From assembly GCF_006345805.1 (NCBI RefSeq), contig NW_021828026.1, forward strand, positions 1 to 9,051: 9,051 nucleotides of DNA, read 5' to 3'. Every line of letters begins with the position of its first letter. Position 1 is the first letter of the stretch. This DNA is from Octopus sinensis (taxonomy: Eukaryota). The translations under genes and the position numbers were made by a program. Below, piece by piece: positions 5,830 to 9,051 of the stretch. The notes beneath the pieces were generated by a model, which was not told the origin of the DNA, ran no database searches, and saw only the letters and a list, made by a program, of their open reading frames with translations.

Positions 5830-6290
5830 CTCTCTCTCTCCCCTCTCTTTCTCCCTCCCTCTATCAACCTAGCTACTTTGTTTTCGCTCTCTCTCTCTCT
5901 CTCTCTCTCTCTCCCCTCTCTTTCTCCCTCCCTCTATCAACCTAGCTACTTTGTTTTCGCTCTCTCTCTCTCTCTCTCCCCTCTCTTTCTCCCTCCCTCT
6001 ATCAACCTAGCTACTTTGTTTTCGCTCTCTCTCTCTCTCTCCCCTCTCTTTCTCCCTCCCTCTATCAACCTAGCTACTTTGTTTTCCTCTCTCTCTCTCT
6101 CTCTCTCCTCCCCTCTCTTTCTCCTCCCTCTATCACACATAGCTACTTTGTTTTCGCTCTCTCTCTCTCTCTCTCTCCCTCTCTCTCTCCCTCCCTCTAT
6201 CAACCTAGCTACTTTGTTTTCACTCTCTCTCTCTCTCTCTCTCTTTCTCTTTCTCTGCCTGTCTCTGTCTCTCTCTCTGTCTCTTTCTCT
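5830..6290. repeat. 63-73-bp minisatellite with embedded variable (CT)n, 6 copies
   Basis: Anchor CTATCAACCTAGCTACTTTGTTTTC starts at 5861, 5934, 5999, 6062, 6130 (variant) and 6197. Confidence 0.97.
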
Positions 6291-6629
6291 CTTTCTATGT
6301 ATATATAGATGTGTGTGTGTATGTGTGTACACACAGACACACACATGCACACACTTGCACACACTTGCATAAAACGTGTAAATACACGAAACAAGCAGGG
6401 AAGAGTGAACGAGGGAGACTGCAACATGACCACTTGACCTTCTAGAAATAGCAACCGAATCACCCTCGATTTCACATCGTTCAGTTTTCTATAACGAATA
6501 GACTTATCAGACGTTGCCGTCCTACAGACTTTTAGAAGGTGGAAGTGGCCATGGATGGAACGCCTTTGCTGATAGTTCTGTTTCATCAAGAATGACCGGG
6601 AGATAGAAGGAACCAAAGAACTCTGCATT

Positions 6630-6860
6630 TTATTATTATTATTATTATTATTTCTTCTTCTTCTTCTTCTTCTTCTTCTTCTTCTTCTTCTTCTTCTTCT
6701 TCTTCTTCTTCTTCTTCTTCTTTTTCTTCTTTTTCTTCTTTTTCTTTTTCTTCTTTTTCTTCTTATTCTTCTTCTTTTTCCTTCTTATTCTGTTTTCTTT
6801 CGCTTATTATTTATTATTTATATATTATTATTATTATCATTATTATTTATTATTATTATT

Positions 6861-6892
<32 letters not shown>

Positions 6893-6893
6893 T
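6630..6893. repeat. Compound (TTA)n/(TTC)n/(TCA)n trinucleotide microsatellite
   Basis: Includes a pure (TTC)23 at 6652-6720. Confidence 0.98.
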
Positions 6894-6896
6894 ATG

Positions 6897-6971
6897 CAGG
6901 TCACTACCTGGATCCAACTGGGAATCCTGGGGTTAGTGGCCCGCGCTCTTAACCACTACGCCATATGCCCG
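6897..6971 (-). mobile_element. tRNA-derived SINE head, family D, running into a trinucleotide tract
   Basis: A-box TGGCGTAGTGG; degenerate B-box AGTTGGATCC; no acceptor-stem pairing; near-identical to 7413-7488. Confidence 0.8.
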
Positions 6972-7022
6972 TATCATAATCATGCGTTGTCGTTGTCATC
7001 ATTATCATCTCATTATCATCAT

Positions 7023-7224
7023 TGGCACAACTGTTTCCGCGTCGGACTAGATGTCTTGAGGCGATTGTTCCATCATTACATTCTGAATTCAAATTTCGCC
7101 GAGGTCGACTCTGCATTTCATCCTTTCGGGTTTCAATGAAAACCGTACTAGCTGAGCACTGGGGTCGATGTAATAGACTTACTCACCTCCCCACAAATTG
7201 CTGGCCTCGTACCAAAATTTGAAA
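7023..7224 (+). mobile_element. Degenerate family A SINE, tail type 2
   Basis: GAATTCAAATTTCGCCGAGGTCGACTCTGCATTTCATCCTTTCGGG..GCACTGGGGTCGATGTAATAGAC aligns to family A; after the core the tail differs from type 1. Confidence 0.8.
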
Positions 7225-7311
7225 GACGGCATGCACAGCTCTCTCACTCAATAATACAAATAATCCTAATTATTATTAGTATTCTTGAGTGAGAGAGCAG
7301 TGCATGCCGTC
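7225..7311. repeat. Inverted repeat, 33-bp arms, 21-nt spacer
   Basis: 7225-7257 vs 7279-7311: 31/33 complementary (mismatches 7237/7299 and 7252/7284). Confidence 0.97.
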
Positions 7312-7327
7312 AAAGTGACACTGGGGG

Positions 7328-7337
7328 ATTATTATTA

Positions 7338-7412
<75 letters not shown>
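7328..7412. repeat. (TTA)n microsatellite
   Basis: Near-pure TTA run at the 3' side of the family D head. Confidence 0.99.
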
Positions 7413-7416
<4 letters not shown>

Positions 7417-7488
7417 TCACTGCCTGGAATCGAACTGGGAATCTTGAGGTTAGTAGCCCGCGCTCTTAACCACTACGCCATATGCCCG
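7413..7488 (-). mobile_element. tRNA-derived SINE head, family D, with (AAT)n tract
   Basis: CGGGCATATGGCGTAGTGGTTAAGAGCGCGGGCTACTAACCTCAAGATTCCCAGTTCGATTCCAGGCAGTGACCTG: clear A-box and B-box GTTCGATTCC. Confidence 0.85.
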
Positions 7489-7891
7489 TATCATAATCAT
7501 CGTTGATTATGGTACGAAGCCCAATATACCCATCATGACCACTCGCTGATGAGGGTACACCAGGCACATGCAACATAACATTATATGCGCGATATGGTGA
7601 TTTTTGATCAAGATAAACAGCGCATGACATTGCAGGTGGGGCCCCGTTAAAATTGTCTTCAGGTCGAGTAGCTAACCCTGCTGAAAAGGTTCTTGAAGAA
7701 GAGTTGTTAAAGGATGACGAATGAAACACCCATGTTTCCCAGAAGTGAATTATCCAAACCCCCCAAAATACCCCTCAACACATGGCCATCATGTTCCCTC
7801 ACTGGTGATCAGAGATGCACATATCGTCAGCCACCAAGGGAGATGCTCAACTGGTGAGAGTCAAACAACTGACAAGATAATCTGTGGTATT

Positions 7892-8140
7892 TGAACTCGC
7901 GATCGTGAGGACGTGGTTTCAATTCCTAGACCGGATGGTGCATTGTGTTCTTGAGCAAGACACTTCATCTCACGTTACTCTGCGATCACTGCGACACCTG
8001 ACGCGTGGCACACCGTGCACCTGTTCAGGCAACGTCGATTATTTGATGGAGGAGTATGCTAATGTACGACACACATATTCGATCTCTTTAAACAAACCAT
8101 TTGTGCAGGTCGTTCAACAAAAACCGAATACTCATATTCT
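7892..8140 (+). mobile_element. 5'-truncated CORE-like SINE whose head is related to family C; 3' boundary uncertain
   Basis: GAACTCGCGATCGTGAGGACGTGGTTTCAATTCCTAGACCG aligns with the family C head GGACTCGCGGTCATAAGATCGCGGTTTCGATTCCCAGACCG; CORE-like TGTGTTCTTGAGCAAGACACTT at 7944-7965. Confidence 0.62.
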
Positions 8141-8168
8141 AGGCGCAATCCTACTGTCAGTCATGACC

Positions 8169-8397
8169 TATTTCTTTATTACCCACAAGGGGCTAAACAT
8201 AGAGGAGACAAACAAGGACAGACATAGGTATTAAGTCGATTACATCGACCCCAGTGCGTAACTGGTACTTAATTTATCGACCCCGAAAGGATGAAAGGCA
8301 AAGTCGACCTCAGCGGAATTTGAACTCACAACGTTGCGCCAGACGAAATACCGCTAAGCAATCCGCCCGGCGTGCTCACGTTTTTGCCAGCTCGCCG
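8169..8397 (-). mobile_element. Near full-length family A SINE, tail type 1
   Basis: High identity to 3289-3519; shares the CATAGGTATT and CACAACG subfamily variants. Confidence 0.95.
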
Positions 8398-8463
8398 AAG
8401 GGAGTCTCATGTTGTTGTTGTTATTGTTCTCATCGTCGTTGTTGTTGTTGCTATTGTTATTAA

Positions 8464-8688
8464 GGCGGCGAGCTGGCAGAATCACTAGCGCGTCTGAAGA
8501 AATGCTTAGGGGGTGTTTCGTCTGTCGCTACGTTCTGAGTTCAAATGCCGCTGAGGTCAACTTTACATTTCATCTTTCGGGCTCGACAAATTATTAAGTA
8601 CCAGTTGCGTACTGGAGTCGATGAGGTCGATTGTTCCTCTCCCCAGAAACATCCACACCATGTGCCTATAGTAGAAATGATTATCATT
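8464..8688 (+). mobile_element. Full-length family A SINE, tail type 2
   Basis: Starts GGCGGCGAGCTGGCAGAATC; B-box GAGTTCAAATGCC (8537-8549); ends GTGCCTATAGTAGAAATGATTATCATT. Confidence 0.88.
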
Positions 8689-8699
8689 AGTATTTTTGT

Positions 8700-8884
8700 T
8701 GTGGTGCGGGCAAGTGGATTATAGCAGTTATTATCATTATAATCATCATCAGTATCCTCCTCTTCCTCCTCCTCGTCATCATCCTTATCATTAGCAATTG
8801 CAGCAGCAGCAGCAGCAGTAATAGTAGTAGTAGTAACAGCAGTAGTAGCAATAGTAGTAGTAGCTGTAGCAACAGCAGCAGCAA

Positions 8885-8959
<75 letters not shown>

Positions 8960-9051
8960 CATTGATTATATTAATATTATGTTGATTATTAGAGTTGTAG
9001 TGATGATGGTACTGATAATGATGATGAGGACGAAGTTGTTGTTGATGATGA
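8700..9051. repeat. Compound trinucleotide microsatellite (ATC, CCT, GCA, GTA, GAT, GTT)
   Basis: Seen directly; GCA/GTA block ~8799-8957. Confidence 0.97.

Larger units (their letters stand above)
7279..7892 (-). mobile_element. Probable retroposon 3' region with (TAA)-type tail (RTE-like?), interrupted at ~7327-7512
   Basis: The minus strand ends ..GGCATGCACTGCTCTCTCACTCAAGAAT next to AAT repeats. I recall 7285-7326 and 7513-7892 as contiguous parts of a common octopus repeat; not verified. No RT motifs. Confidence 0.4.

Noticed and set aside
5861-6221. CRISPR-like array (25-nt repeat with spacers); also 873-1027
   Set aside because: Spacers are near-identical (CT)n tracts or absent, the context is eukaryotic, and there are no cas genes.
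6370-6628. Unique part of the 139-aa minus-strand ORF
   Set aside because: No recognisable motif, and the frame stays open only by running into microsatellites.
7546-7553. Second hammerhead core CTGATGAG
   Set aside because: No stem II followed by GAAA, and no stem I or NUH partner nearby.
8799-8957. PolyQ/polyS coding exon
   Set aside because: Part of a larger mixed trinucleotide tract typical of this window, with no flanking complex coding sequence or splice evidence.

Overview
Eukaryotic, repeat-saturated non-coding DNA, very probably from an octopus/coleoid cephalopod. That assignment is inferred from the SINE families, which I recognise from memory and did not search. There is no intact host gene, rRNA, tRNA gene or CRISPR array. 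Almost every ORF in the track is a microsatellite or SINE read-through. The only real coding remnant is a 5'-truncated CR1-clade LINE ORF2 C-terminus (4763-5342), broken by five single-base deletions in homopolymer runs. The rest is about 13 tRNA-derived SINE copies or fragments from about four families (three with target-site duplications), a Penelope-like fragment, two minisatellites and many microsatellites. Two items stand out. (1) A ~460-bp palindromic element at 632-1095: a 66-bp hairpin whose mismatches are mostly tandem G.A steps, capped on the minus strand by a GCGAAAGC mini-hairpin, with its apical 9-bp arms reappearing as a second palindrome at 1032-1053. This suggests a structure-recognised, possibly tyrosine-recombinase-mobilised, non-autonomous element. 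(2) A minimal type-I hammerhead ribozyme motif with a variant core on the minus strand at 4632-4669. I do not see a new protein-coding system in this window.
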